Notes: generated by a model not told the origin, from the letters alone. A stretch of DNA of 64,000 nucleotides from an uncultured Armatimonadia bacterium (GCA_963749155.1 CAVVLO010000003.1:224001-288000); one strand, 5' to 3'; shown: positions 50,453 through 60,475, counted from the stretch's first letter. Numbers and translations are program-made.

Positions 50453-53400
50453 ATGGAAAGGTTCTGTTTACTACTTGTATTGCTGGCACTGGGCGCCCTG
50501 GTGGCGCGCGGAGGGGCTGAGCCTGCCCTGCAGCGGCTATTCCCCCCCAGCCTTCCCACTGCGACCTGGACAGAATTCTCCTCTCCTGGCTACAAAGCCC
50601 CCGTGACAGGACTAATCTACCGCGCCAGGGAGCTGCGCCCTGTCTGCGGGGTTCCCCTTGGCGCGCTGGCCACCGGCTGCCTGGACATCGAGGCAAGCGG
50701 TGCGCTCGGTTATAGCTCGATTTTTAACGACCAGTCGCCAAGAGGCGGCCCGGTGAATATGCCTTTCCTGGGGCTCTCTGTTGGCGACCGTACCTGGGTA
50801 CTCTGCACCGGTCAGATCAAACACTATGATGCTGGCAACATCCCCCCGCTGCCAGATCCGCGCGTGGTGGTCATCGGCGAGGGTGAGGGTCGTCTGCTTG
50901 CCAGGTACGATACCCACTGGCAGAATCTGGGCGAGGCGCTGGCCGTCGATGAAGACCAGTTCCCGGTCGTATTCCGCACTTCAGTCGATCAGTTGATCTT
51001 CAAGGCCGGCGACTTCGGCGGCCACACGCCCGCCCTTTCTCCGGCAAGTACCTATTCCGACTATTCGTGGGTCAAGTGGACTGCGCCAGTCGCTGCTACC
51101 GTGCGGCTGAGGGGAGGCGCCTGGTCCAACTTCGATGGGCGCACCTGTGACTTCGCCCTCCGTCATAACGGCCGCGATCTGTTCGGTGGATTTGCAGACG
51201 GCGTCCTGGGCAGGCTGACGCTTGGCGCGGATTTTACCTCGGAGAATCCCCTCACTTTCGACCTTCCAGAAGTTGAGGTGGCCCAAGGCGATGAACTGCT
51301 GTTTGCCTTTCGCACCAACGGCACCAGTCAGCATCCCGATATGGGCACCTTCTTTGGCCTAAGGGCGGAGGTGCTGGGCCCGGACCGGATCGGAGAAGAT
51401 CCTGTATTCGGCAGGTTGCCGTCAGCGGACTGGGTGCTCGCCAGGGATTTCCGACCCCAGATCAATCCCGATGGCGCCTGGTCGTATGGCAGCACCCAGG
51501 TCACCAGCGTCCCCCCGCCCGCGGACCTGAACTTCGATGGCTGTCAGCAGGCAACCGAAATCGAATACTGGGGCCACTATCCGGTGCTTGACCTGGAGTT
51601 CAAGACCAGTGCGCCTGTCGAAGTCGGCGCCCGCCTCTGGTCGCCTCTACTGCCCGGCGACACGCCCACCTCCAACACTCCGGGGGCCTTGTTCGAGGTC
51701 CACCTGAGGAACGTCTCCAACGAGCCGCAGCAGGGACGGCTGCTATTCAGCTTCCCGGGCTTCCGAGAGCACCAGTCCAAAAATCGCGCCACGGGCTTTC
51801 CAAATCTGGCCGCTGTGCCTTCGCTGCCCCCTTCACAGCTCCAGAGAACTACTCTCGACGAACCGGGGCTTACAGGGGTGACCGTTAGCGATCCTGGTTG
51901 GAAGGTCGCCTACTCCCTGGGCGCTATTAATGAGCCCTCAACCGAGTCCGGAGCATGCCTGCTGGCCGAGGGCGAGCGCTGGGCTGAGGCAGCGACAGGG
52001 CTGCGCGCGCCCCTCTTCTCTGAGGATGGCACCGCGCTTGCCGTTCCCTACGAACTGCCGGCCGGCGCCGAACGTGTGGTGCGTTTCGTCCTGGCCTGGT
52101 ACGCGCCCGACTGGAACGGCAACGGCACACCCGGCACTGGCGGGGAGAGCTATACCCATATGTACGCCTCGCGTTACACGGGGGCAGCTGATGTCGCGCG
52201 CTTCCTGGCCGCTAACCACGAGACCTTGCTGGCTCGGATATTAAACTGGCAGCAGGTGCTGTACAGCGCGCCTGAACTACCTGGTTGGCTCGCTGACTCG
52301 CTTATAAACAACCTCTATCTGCTGCCCGAGACCAGCACGTGGGCGCAAGCAAAGCCGCCGATTGGTGACTGGTGTCGCCTGGAGGATGGCATCTACGCCC
52401 ATAACGAGTCTCCGCGAAGCTGTCCGCAGACTCCGTGCCTGCCTTGCGATGCCATCAGCGGAATGGTGCCGATGGTCTACTTCTACCCCGAGACCGTCCG
52501 CGCGCTCGCTCGCACGTGGAAGGCCTACCAGTTGCCAAGTGGCCAGATGAAATTTAACTTCGGGCTATATTGGGATTTGACCCACCCGATGGCCGAGGGC
52601 AACCAGGAGGTAATGAACGGCGCTAATTATCTGGTCATCCTGGACCGGTATTACCTGCTAACCCAGGATGAGGACTTCCTGAGAGAGTTTTATGACTCGG
52701 CCAAGCGCGCCTGTCAGTTTTCTTTTAGCCAGCGACCTGCGTACGGGCTTGATCAGATTGTGGCGATGCCAGCGCCGGTTGAGGGCTCCTATAACTACCG
52801 CGAGTGGTTCGAAGATCGGGAGTGGAAGGGCTACGTCGTCCATCCAGGTGGCTACCGGATGGCCCAGGCTCAGATGATGAAACGCTGGGCGCTGGCGGTA
52901 GGTGATGTAGACTATGTCACAGAGCTTGACCAGTTGCTCGAAGCGGGCGCGAGGGCGCTGGAGGAGCAGCTCTGGAATGGCCGCTTCTATGCCGCTTCAT
53001 CTGAGCCCGAGACAGGCTTCAAACAGGATTTCTGGTTTAGCATCCAGCTCAATGGGCAACTCTATGCCCGCTCGGCAGGGCTGCCAGGCGTCTTCCCGCC
53101 GGAGCGCATCCAGAGCGTACTCGACTGTGTGCCCAAGGTCGCCTCGATCAGCAAACTTGGCATACCCCCTACCCTTGCCAATGCCGACTTCACGCCCTTC
53201 CTGCGGGAGAAATATGATAACACCGTCATCGGCGCCGGGTATCTCTCGGGCGCCTACAACTATACCACCCATCTGGAATACCAACTCGCGCAGACCTGTA
53301 TGTATGAAGGGCGTAAAGAGCTGGGACTCGACCTGTTGAAACGCACGCTGGAGGTCTCGGCCTGCACCTGGGGCAACACCTGGGAGGCCTGGAACGCTTG

Positions 53401-53563
53401 CAGTGTCAAAGCCGACGACGGCAGCAGGGGGTATGGGATGGATTACTTCCACAACCTGTGCCTGTGGAACACGCCTGCGGCACTTATGGGGCAAGACCTG
53501 GCAGGGCCAGCGCGGCCTGGTGGGCTTATCCAGCGACTGCTGCAGGCGGCCAAAGCCCCCTGA
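50453..53563 (+). CDS. Secreted GH116-like glycosidase with an inserted beta-sandwich module
   Basis: GVPLGALATGCLDI, YWGHYP, SPLLPGD..SNTP, RFVLAWY, LPGWLADSLINNL and QLWNGRFY..QLNGQ. Confidence 0.75.
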   Translation: MERFCLLLVLLALGALVARGGAEPALQRLFPPSLPTATWTEFSSPGYKAPVTGLIYRARELRPVCGVPLGALATGCLDIEASGALGYSSIFNDQSPRGGPVNMPFLGLSVGDRTWVLCTGQIKHYDAGNIPPLPDPRVVVIGEGEGRLLARYDTHWQNLGEALAVDEDQFPVVFRTSVDQLIFKAGDFGGHTPALSPASTYSDYSWVKWTAPVAATVRLRGGAWSNFDGRTCDFALRHNGRDLFGGFADGVLGRLTLGADFTSENPLTFDLPEVEVAQGDELLFAFRTNGTSQHPDMGTFFGLRAEVLGPDRIGEDPVFGRLPSADWVLARDFRPQINPDGAWSYGSTQVTSVPPPADLNFDGCQQATEIEYWGHYPVLDLEFKTSAPVEVGARLWSPLLPGDTPTSNTPGALFEVHLRNVSNEPQQGRLLFSFPGFREHQSKNRATGFPNLAAVPSLPPSQLQRTTLDEPGLTGVTVSDPGWKVAYSLGAINEPSTESGACLLAEGERWAEAATGLRAPLFSEDGTALAVPYELPAGAERVVRFVLAWYAPDWNGNGTPGTGGESYTHMYASRYTGAADVARFLAANHETLLARILNWQQVLYSAPELPGWLADSLINNLYLLPETSTWAQAKPPIGDWCRLEDGIYAHNESPRSCPQTPCLPCDAISGMVPMVYFYPETVRALARTWKAYQLPSGQMKFNFGLYWDLTHPMAEGNQEVMNGANYLVILDRYYLLTQDEDFLREFYDSAKRACQFSFSQRPAYGLDQIVAMPAPVEGSYNYREWFEDREWKGYVVHPGGYRMAQAQMMKRWALAVGDVDYVTELDQLLEAGARALEEQLWNGRFYAASSEPETGFKQDFWFSIQLNGQLYARSAGLPGVFPPERIQSVLDCVPKVASISKLGIPPTLANADFTPFLREKYDNTVIGAGYLSGAYNYTTHLEYQLAQTCMYEGRKELGLDLLKRTLEVSACTWGNTWEAWNACSVKADDGSRGYGMDYFHNLCLWNTPAALMGQDLAGPARPGGLIQRLLQAAKAP

Positions 53564-53592
53564 GCCGGCGAGTTGGTTGTTGTCATATAAGT

Positions 53593-53634
53593 GGTGCAGG
53601 GGCGACCTGTGAGTTTCGCTCACGCCGCCCCTGC
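53593..53634 (+). repeat. REP-like nested palindrome between convergent genes (may also terminate transcription)
   Basis: Outer stem GCAGGGGCG/CGCCCCTGC, inner GTGAGT-ttc-GCTCAC; near-copy at 60532-60576. Confidence 0.75.
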
Positions 53635-53646
53635 GAAGTGGAGCCT

Positions 53647-55278
53647 TTACTCGAATTCGAACCAGTAGAGCTTCGCCTGGTTCAGCTTGACCTTCAGCAC
53701 GACCGCTTCGCCTTCGCCTGCGCCGAGGTCCTCCCCGCCCGCCCACTTGACCGGGGCGTTGTGCAGATCGCCAATCAACGGAGTGCAGTCACCGAAGTCT
53801 CTGCCCCCAAAAGGCGCGCGCCCGATATTGCAGGCGGCAATCTGGAGGCTTCCCCCGCGCTTCGTCACTGCGTTGATCTTGAGTTTCTTGCCGGGTGGGA
53901 TGAAGGCCACGGTCGAGAATTCGCCAAGCTGCTCGGCTTCGAGCCCCACGAGCCGGCCCTTAGGCCAGATGGCCATCCCGATATCGTAGGCCCAGGCGCC
54001 GCGTGGATACTTGTGGGGGAAGGCATATCCAGTATAGGGCAGTGCGAAATCGCCACTGGGCAGTTCGACCAGGTTGGGAGCGGCGAATACAGTGCCGCCG
54101 TCGAACTCGCCGAATTCGCCGGTCTCGAAGAGAGTGCCGTTCGGCAGCCAGTCCCAGTAGCGGCTGTCGGTGCTGCTCGCAAGCACGATGCGGGTGGAGT
54201 CCGAAGCCATATCCCACACCGCCGGGAACATCAGCCTGGCCTCGGGCGCGCCTGGATAAGTGCCGTAGCAGTTGGTGTAGAGCACTTCGCTGGGCAGCAT
54301 ATCGGGGGGGGAGTGCAAGACAATCTCCGACAGCGGAAACTGGTCGAAAGTGGCGGCTTCGCTACGCCCAATGGAGCGCCTGCCCACCATATACCAGGGC
54401 TGACCTTGCCCCTCGGCATAGCCCGGGGCGCGCTCGGACAGCCACCAGTTGCGCGTCCAAAGCACATATTTGCCAAGCAGCGCATCCCAGCAACCGATGT
54501 TCTGCGTGTCGGCGTGTTCGACCGCCAACGGTTCGGGGACGTCGGTCCAGTGATAACCATCTGGCGAATAGGCGCCGAACAACGCAAAGGCTACTCCCAC
54601 ATCAGCCCGCCAGGCGCGCGGTTCGCACCGGTCGGGATATTTCGCGCACAGCTCATCATAGCGCTCTTTGGTCAGGTCACGTGTCCCAACTGCCTTATAA
54701 CGTTGCTCTGGAGGGGCTGTAGGGTCTAGAAAGATGGCCCCCGGCAGCCCGAGCAGGACATTATTCTCGGTCTCGCCGCCCCAATCCACCAGCTTGAGAT
54801 TGGGCCTTTCCCACACCAGGCCGTCTGTGGACTCGAAATAGACCTCATGGCCAGCGCCCTGGTCATCCTGGCAGCCTGCCCAAAGCCGATATTTGTCGCC
54901 GTCCTTAAGCAGAGTGCCAGCGCTGAGGCCCATCGCGACCAGCGGCCTGTCGCGCTCTATTATCGGGCCGCGCTTCTCGGCGCGTTCGACCACGAACTTG
55001 ATGCCGCGCGGCATATCTTCGGTGACAAACCGCGCATCCCATGGGCCAGCTTTTACGGCGCGACTGGTGGCTATCCCGTTGCCCTGGGCATCCAGCCAGT
55101 TGTGAGCGCCTGGCCTGACGTAGAGCCAGTCCACGAAAGTCATACGAGCACCGGGCAGCACGTATGGCTCACCGGTCGTGGCGCCAGGCAGCGCGCCTCC
55201 CCCTACGATATTGGTTGGCATCTGCGCGCAGCACAACGTTGCGATCAAAAGCACCAGCAACACAAGTACCGGTAACAT
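53647..55278 (-). CDS. Secreted five-bladed beta-propeller glycosidase-like protein (GH32/43/130 superfamily-like), paralog A
   Basis: GGGAGG RBS, signal peptide; ESTDGLVWERP, SPDGYHW, ADTQN..WD, SSTDSRYW and GEFDGG. Confidence 0.7.
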   Translation of the reverse strand: MLPVLVLLVLLIATLCCAQMPTNIVGGGALPGATTGEPYVLPGARMTFVDWLYVRPGAHNWLDAQGNGIATSRAVKAGPWDARFVTEDMPRGIKFVVERAEKRGPIIERDRPLVAMGLSAGTLLKDGDKYRLWAGCQDDQGAGHEVYFESTDGLVWERPNLKLVDWGGETENNVLLGLPGAIFLDPTAPPEQRYKAVGTRDLTKERYDELCAKYPDRCEPRAWRADVGVAFALFGAYSPDGYHWTDVPEPLAVEHADTQNIGCWDALLGKYVLWTRNWWLSERAPGYAEGQGQPWYMVGRRSIGRSEAATFDQFPLSEIVLHSPPDMLPSEVLYTNCYGTYPGAPEARLMFPAVWDMASDSTRIVLASSTDSRYWDWLPNGTLFETGEFGEFDGGTVFAAPNLVELPSGDFALPYTGYAFPHKYPRGAWAYDIGMAIWPKGRLVGLEAEQLGEFSTVAFIPPGKKLKINAVTKRGGSLQIAACNIGRAPFGGRDFGDCTPLIGDLHNAPVKWAGGEDLGAGEGEAVVLKVKLNQAKLYWFEFE

Positions 55279-55402
55279 ATGAGACCTCCCAAGAACAAAC
55301 ACCGCAGGGGATAGCATCCCCTGCACCCGCACTAGTTGGCTTCGATGTGAACTCTTCCGGATATATCGGGTTCCTGACCGAAGGTCAGGCCTCTGCTCCC
55401 GA
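55274..55402 (-). repeat. 129-bp duplicated leader, copy 1
   Basis: 124 of 129 bases identical to 57046-57174 by manual alignment. Confidence 0.9.
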
Positions 55403-55407
55403 TACTC

Positions 55408-57050
55408 CTACTCGAACTCGAACCAGTACAGCTTCGCCTGATTCAGTTTCACCTTCAAGATTAGCGCTTCGCCCTCGGCAAGGCCCAGGTCTTCTCCACC
55501 GGTCCACTTAACGGAAGCGTTGTTCGAGATCGCCAATCAGGGGCGCGCAGTCATCGAAGCCGCGCCCAGGCAGAGGCTGCCGACCGATATTGCAGGCCGC
55601 AATCTGGATACTTCCCCCTCGCTTCGTCACTGCGTTGATTTTCAACTTCTTGCCTGGCGGGACGAAACCTACAGTCGTGAACTCTCCAAGCTGCTCTGCT
55701 TCGAGGCCCATCATCCGCCCCTTGGGCCAGAGGGCATAAGCAGTATCGAGCTGCAGCAAGCCGCGCGGATACTTGTGAGGAAGGCTCCACGCCGCGTAGG
55801 GCAGCGCCAGATCGCCGTTGGGCAATTCCACCAGGTTAGGCTGGGGGAAGATGCACCCGCCATCGAACTCGCCGAAGGCGCCGGTATCGAGCACCGTGCC
55901 GCCCGGCAGCCAGTCCCATACCCGGCCGTCACTGCTGCCTGCGATCTCGATGCGCGTGGTGTCGGAGTCCATATTCCAGATGGCAGGGAACATCAACCGA
56001 GCCTCAGGCGCTTTCGGGAAGACCGTATAGCAGTTGGTGTAGAGCACTTCACTCGGCAGCATATCGGGGGGAGAGTGCAAGACGAGCTCTGACAGCGGAA
56101 ATTGCTCGAAATTGGCGCTCTCGGTGCGCCCTATAGACCGCCTGCCTACCACCCACCAGGGTTCTCCCTGCCCCTCCGGATAGCCTGGCGCGCGCTGGGC
56201 AAGCCACCAGTTGCGCGTGTAGAGGACATATTTACCGAGCAGCGCATCATAGCAGCCAGTATTGCTGAGCGTATCGGCATGCTCGATGTTGAGCGGCTCT
56301 GGTAGCTCCGTCCAGTGCAGTCCATCAGGAGACGTGGCGCCAAATAGTCCGAAGACGACCCCAACATCGGAGCGCCACGCGAGCGGATCCCAGCGGTCAG
56401 GATATTTCGCCGAGAAGGCATCATAATCAGCCTTGGACATACCCTCAAGGCTGACCGACTTGAATCTGGCTCTCGGCAGGCGCGCCGGCATCGAGAAAGA
56501 CCATCGCCTCCGGGCCTGGCAAGCCCTCGATAAAGTTGTTTTCTTTCGAACCCTCTACCTCGACCAGCCCGAGGCTCGGGCGATTCCAGTACAAGCCGTC
56601 CAGCGATTCGAAATAGCAATAACGCTGCTTGCCGTCTTCAGCCTGAGCCAGCGCCCAAAACTTATAAGTATCGCCGTCCTGAAGCAGCGCCACGGGCCTC
56701 AGTTGCATTGCCTCATAAGGGGCCTGTCGCTGGATAATCGGGCCACTCTTGACGGCCTGCTCCAGGCAGAACTTGATGCCGCGTGGCATATCCTGCGTCG
56801 CGAAGTTGGCGCCCAAGGGGCCAGCTTTCAGATCTTTCTTCGCAGTTATGGTGCCTTGCTCGTTGTACCAGTTCAGTGCCCCAGGCCTGATATAGAGCCA
56901 ATCCACGAAGACCATCCGCTGGCCTGGCAGCACGTACGGCTCTCCTTTTGTCTGACCGGGCAGCGCCCCGCCGCCTGGCAAGTTAGACGGGAGCTGGGCA
57001 CAGGCCAGCGTTGCAATTAAAAGTACCACCAGCACCAGAACAGGCAACAT
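55408..57050 (-). CDS. Secreted beta-propeller glycosidase-like protein, paralog B; frameshifts near 56469 and 55526
   Basis: Colinear with paralog A from MLPVLV to KVKLNQAKLYWFEFE* once two extra bases are removed. Confidence 0.7.
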
Positions 57051-57174
57051 ATGAGACCTCCCAAGAACAAACACCGCAGGGGATAGCATCCCCTGCACCC
57101 GCACTAGTTGGCTTCGATGTGAACTCTTCTGCGTGTTTCGGGTTCCTGACCGAAGGTCAGGCCTCTGCTCCCGA
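57046..57174 (-). repeat. 129-bp duplicated leader, copy 2
   Basis: Matches 55274-55402; contains the RBS, REP hairpin and nested CCTGACC-GAA-GGTCAGG hairpin. Confidence 0.9.
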
Positions 57175-57278
57175 AACCTGCTTGCATCGCAGGGCTGAGT
57201 ATTCCCTCGCTCTACTTCCCTTTCCTGCCAGCGGAAGTGCTGATGATGCGTCGAAATCTTCGTCAGGGAGGGATTCTG

Positions 57279-59696
57279 ATGCCACTTGTATTCTGTCTGC
57301 TCTGTTTGCTTCTGGTCACTGGACTTGCCAACGCCGCCCTGGCGCCACTCAATGCTGCCGAGGAAGCTGCGCTGGCACGGCCTGCTTTCTCGATCACCGA
57401 TCCTCCCGGCTACGTCAGCGACGAGGAAGAAAAGCAGCAGCAACGAGAAGCCTGGCAAAAGCTGGAAGGCGATCTTAAAACCGCAATCGCATCAGGTCAG
57501 CACGACTTCACTGTCCCCCCTGGCGAGTACCGTTTCCCCAGTGCGACGGGCTTTGTGCTGGCGGATGTCTCCGATTTCACACTTCACGCGACAGGCGCCT
57601 ATTTCTGGTCAGAGCGTCCTGAGGCTGACCTGCTGGGCAATCCACAGGGGCTCAACCTCCTCCGCTGCCACAACGTGACAATCGAAGGGCTTACGCTCGA
57701 TTTCGACCCGGCACTCTGGGTGCAGGGTCAGATCACCTCCCTCGACCTTGCCGCCAACACAGTGGATATCGCGCCGGATCCGGACTTCCCTTCACCGGCC
57801 GGCTTTGGCGGAGGGCAGCTCTTCTTCTTCCGTCCGGATGGGCGCTTGCTTAGGCAAGGAGTGCCCTTCCACGAGGGGCTTGAGGCCCTGCCCGACGCAG
57901 GATTGCGCGTACACGTGCGCCCAGGTCAGCTTCAGTGGATGAACGAAGACAAGGGCGTGCAGGCTGCTTTCGGAGGCGCCTCCACCGTCCAGGTTGGCGA
58001 CTGGGTTGTCGCGCCCTTCCGACGGGGTCATGCCATCCGGATGGAACTGTGCGAGAGCTGCTCGCTTGTGGGCTGCACCGTATATGCCTCACCGGGCGCG
58101 GGCATCGTCGAACTAGGCGGCGCTGGCGGCAACCGTTATGTGGGACATAAACTGATCCGCAAGCCCGGCGCCAGGCGCCTGTGGGCGTCTACTGCGGACG
58201 CCTTCTTTTCGGCGCTGGTCGATCGCGGTCCCACACTCGAGGGTTGCGAGTTCAGCTTCACTGCCGATGATCTGTTCAATCTGCACGGTTATTTCGCCCT
58301 GGTAACCCACAGGCTGGCACCCAACCAGATCATCGTGATGCCTATGAATTACGAGCCTTTCGCCCCCGGTGGCAAGCTGACTTTCTACGACTGGCGCTCT
58401 TGCGAGCAGCTTGGCGAGGCGACAATCACTGCTGTGGAAAAGGTCACAGACGAGGCGGTCATCGATGAGGCCAGGGCCTTCCCCGGTCAGGTTGGACTAC
58501 TGAGCTATTCCGGCGCGCCCTTTTTGCTGACTCTCGATAACCCAGTAGAACTTGCCCCAGGCGCAATCGTAGACACTCACAACGCCAACGACGCGGGGTT
58601 TGTCATACAGGATTGCTACTTCCACGATTCGACCGCGCGCTGCGGCCTAATCAGTGGCGCCTCCAACGGCCTTATCGAGCACAATGTCTGGCGCGACCTG
58701 GGTGGTGGGCTGTCCCTCTATATGGAGTCCTGGTTCTATAATGAAGGCCCGATGCCCCATGATGTCACCGTGCGCGGCAACCGCTTCCTGGATATCCTGC
58801 TGGACCCGCGTAGCGCAGATGCCCCAGTAGCAGGATTGCTCTATACGGGGATGGTGCCACCTGGCAACTACCTGCGAACCGTTGCCCCGCTGACCAACCT
58901 TGTGTTCGAGGACAACCTCATAGACCCCTCGCCCGGCCCGGCGCTCGTGATGGCCTATGTGAAGGGCGGCGCGGTGAGGAACAACACCTTCCGCAGGCCT
59001 TTCAGCTTCATCGGGAAGGCTGGCGGCGAGGTCAGTCCCGAATACTACGGCAAGTCGCTGGATATGCCCCTCTACTTTACCGTATGCGAGGATATAGAGG
59101 TCTCCGGCAACGTCGTGGAGGACCCCGAGGGCTTCTGCGAGTCCGGCGCTGTCGGCCTCGGGCCCCTCTGCAAGGCCATCATTCTGGACGGCGACGCGCG
59201 ACAAAGCAGCGATTCGGACTATGTCGCCGAGGCGCTGACGGGATTTTCCAACCTGCAGGGCGCTCGAGGCTGGAGTTATGGCTACTGGATCGAACAGGGA
59301 GAGTACTCGACCGAAGGTTTCTGCCCGATGGACGAGTTCGGGGGCATCTGGTGGCGCGTTGCTGGCCAGGCTTTTCCCTTCATACGGGCAGTCTCAATAC
59401 ATCCAGGTGACTGGGACGGCCAACCTGTTGCGGCCATCCGGCGTTGGACAAGCAGCGTTGATGGCTCGGTAGAGGTCTTTGGAGAGCTACACGGCTCTGG
59501 CGCAGGCAATGGGACGCTCGCGCGTATCTTCGTGGACGGGAAAGAAGCTTTCCGAGTCGATTTGACCGACGGAGAACCTCACGGATATTCCACACACCTG
59601 CAGGAGCTTAGAGAAGGCTCTCTGGTAGATTTCGTCCTTACTTCGAAGGGCGACCTGAACAGCGACGCCACCCGGTGGACCATCGAGCTAAGGTGA
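57279..59696 (+). CDS. Secreted right-handed beta-helix protein (GH110-like) with C-terminal beta-sandwich module
   Basis: GGGAGGG RBS, signal peptide; VPPGEYRF, CHNVTIEGLTLD, STADAF, DDLFNLHG and ESW..EGP..HDVTVRGN. Confidence 0.7.
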   Translation: MPLVFCLLCLLLVTGLANAALAPLNAAEEAALARPAFSITDPPGYVSDEEEKQQQREAWQKLEGDLKTAIASGQHDFTVPPGEYRFPSATGFVLADVSDFTLHATGAYFWSERPEADLLGNPQGLNLLRCHNVTIEGLTLDFDPALWVQGQITSLDLAANTVDIAPDPDFPSPAGFGGGQLFFFRPDGRLLRQGVPFHEGLEALPDAGLRVHVRPGQLQWMNEDKGVQAAFGGASTVQVGDWVVAPFRRGHAIRMELCESCSLVGCTVYASPGAGIVELGGAGGNRYVGHKLIRKPGARRLWASTADAFFSALVDRGPTLEGCEFSFTADDLFNLHGYFALVTHRLAPNQIIVMPMNYEPFAPGGKLTFYDWRSCEQLGEATITAVEKVTDEAVIDEARAFPGQVGLLSYSGAPFLLTLDNPVELAPGAIVDTHNANDAGFVIQDCYFHDSTARCGLISGASNGLIEHNVWRDLGGGLSLYMESWFYNEGPMPHDVTVRGNRFLDILLDPRSADAPVAGLLYTGMVPPGNYLRTVAPLTNLVFEDNLIDPSPGPALVMAYVKGGAVRNNTFRRPFSFIGKAGGEVSPEYYGKSLDMPLYFTVCEDIEVSGNVVEDPEGFCESGAVGLGPLCKAIILDGDARQSSDSDYVAEALTGFSNLQGARGWSYGYWIEQGEYSTEGFCPMDEFGGIWWRVAGQAFPFIRAVSIHPGDWDGQPVAAIRRWTSSVDGSVEVFGELHGSGAGNGTLARIFVDGKEAFRVDLTDGEPHGYSTHLQELREGSLVDFVLTSKGDLNSDATRWTIELR

Positions 59697-59718
59697 AAAT
59701 CAGAGGATCGAGCCGCCC

Positions 59719-60418
59719 CTACCAGACCCCCGGCACGAGGCGCCATCTGACGCGCTGGGCGTATTCCGCATCAGCCGGCCAGTTCTGCGTGAAGGGTGCG
59801 ATCTTCGAGGGCAGTGCGAATTACGAGGGCGATAACTGCCACTCCCGCCGGCACGAGCGCCCAGGGAGTCGCGCCCATCGCGCCTGTCCCAACTATCCAG
59901 AAAAAAGCCCCAAAATAGCCCGGATGGCGGATCCACTGGTAAGGGCCGCTGGTCTGGACGCTGTGACCCCGCTCTGACTGGATGCGCACGAGCGCCGAGA
60001 AATAGCGGTTGCAATACATTGCCCACGTCGTAAAACCGAGCCCCGCCGCCGAGACCACCAGGCCCGTCCACTGCAGCCAGCCAGGCAGCAGCGGTTGCCA
60101 GTCGAAACGAAGCGCTGAGGCGCCGATTATCATCGAGATAAGCGGCGGATGCGCCATCAGTGGCGCAAGCAGTAAGTCCCACTTCTTTACGCCCTGTTGC
60201 AAGCCGGAGCGCTCGGAGAGCAACTCCGGGTTGGTCGGCAGCAGCATCCAGGTGGTGATGAGGACCGAGAGGGTCATCACCACGAGGAAGCCCCAACCCA
60301 TCGCCCAGCGCACGGTGCCGGCGCAGACAAAGAGGGCCATAGCAACGAGGGGCATACCGATCAGCAGCTTTGTGTTCCAGCGCCTGATGCCCTTGCGAGT
60401 CCACTCGTCCTGGCTCAT
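59719..60418 (-). CDS. Isoprenylcysteine carboxyl methyltransferase / PEMT family membrane protein; frameshift near 59772
   Basis: NRYFSALVRIQ.ERGH.V..SGPY..IRHPGY, RTALED; corrected end GYAEYAQRVRWRLVPGVW*. Confidence 0.85.
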
Positions 60419-60475
60419 CCAGTCACCTTCCGACCGGCTGTCTGAGTGTTTCCTGGAAGGCCGAATACGGAAACC

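Noticed and set aside
55279..55332. N-terminal extension MRVQGMLSPAVFVLGRSH on both paralogs
   Set aside because: It is a translation of the duplicated leader; the RBS and signal peptide place the starts at 55278 and 57050.
50301..57119. CRISPR array from the repeated palindromic 50-mer
   Set aside because: Copies are kilobases apart with no regular spacers, and no cas genes are present.
2799..60418. Programmed frameshifting or true pseudogenes
   Set aside because: No shared slippery motif, breaks hit unrelated genes including araH, and there is no other sign of decay.
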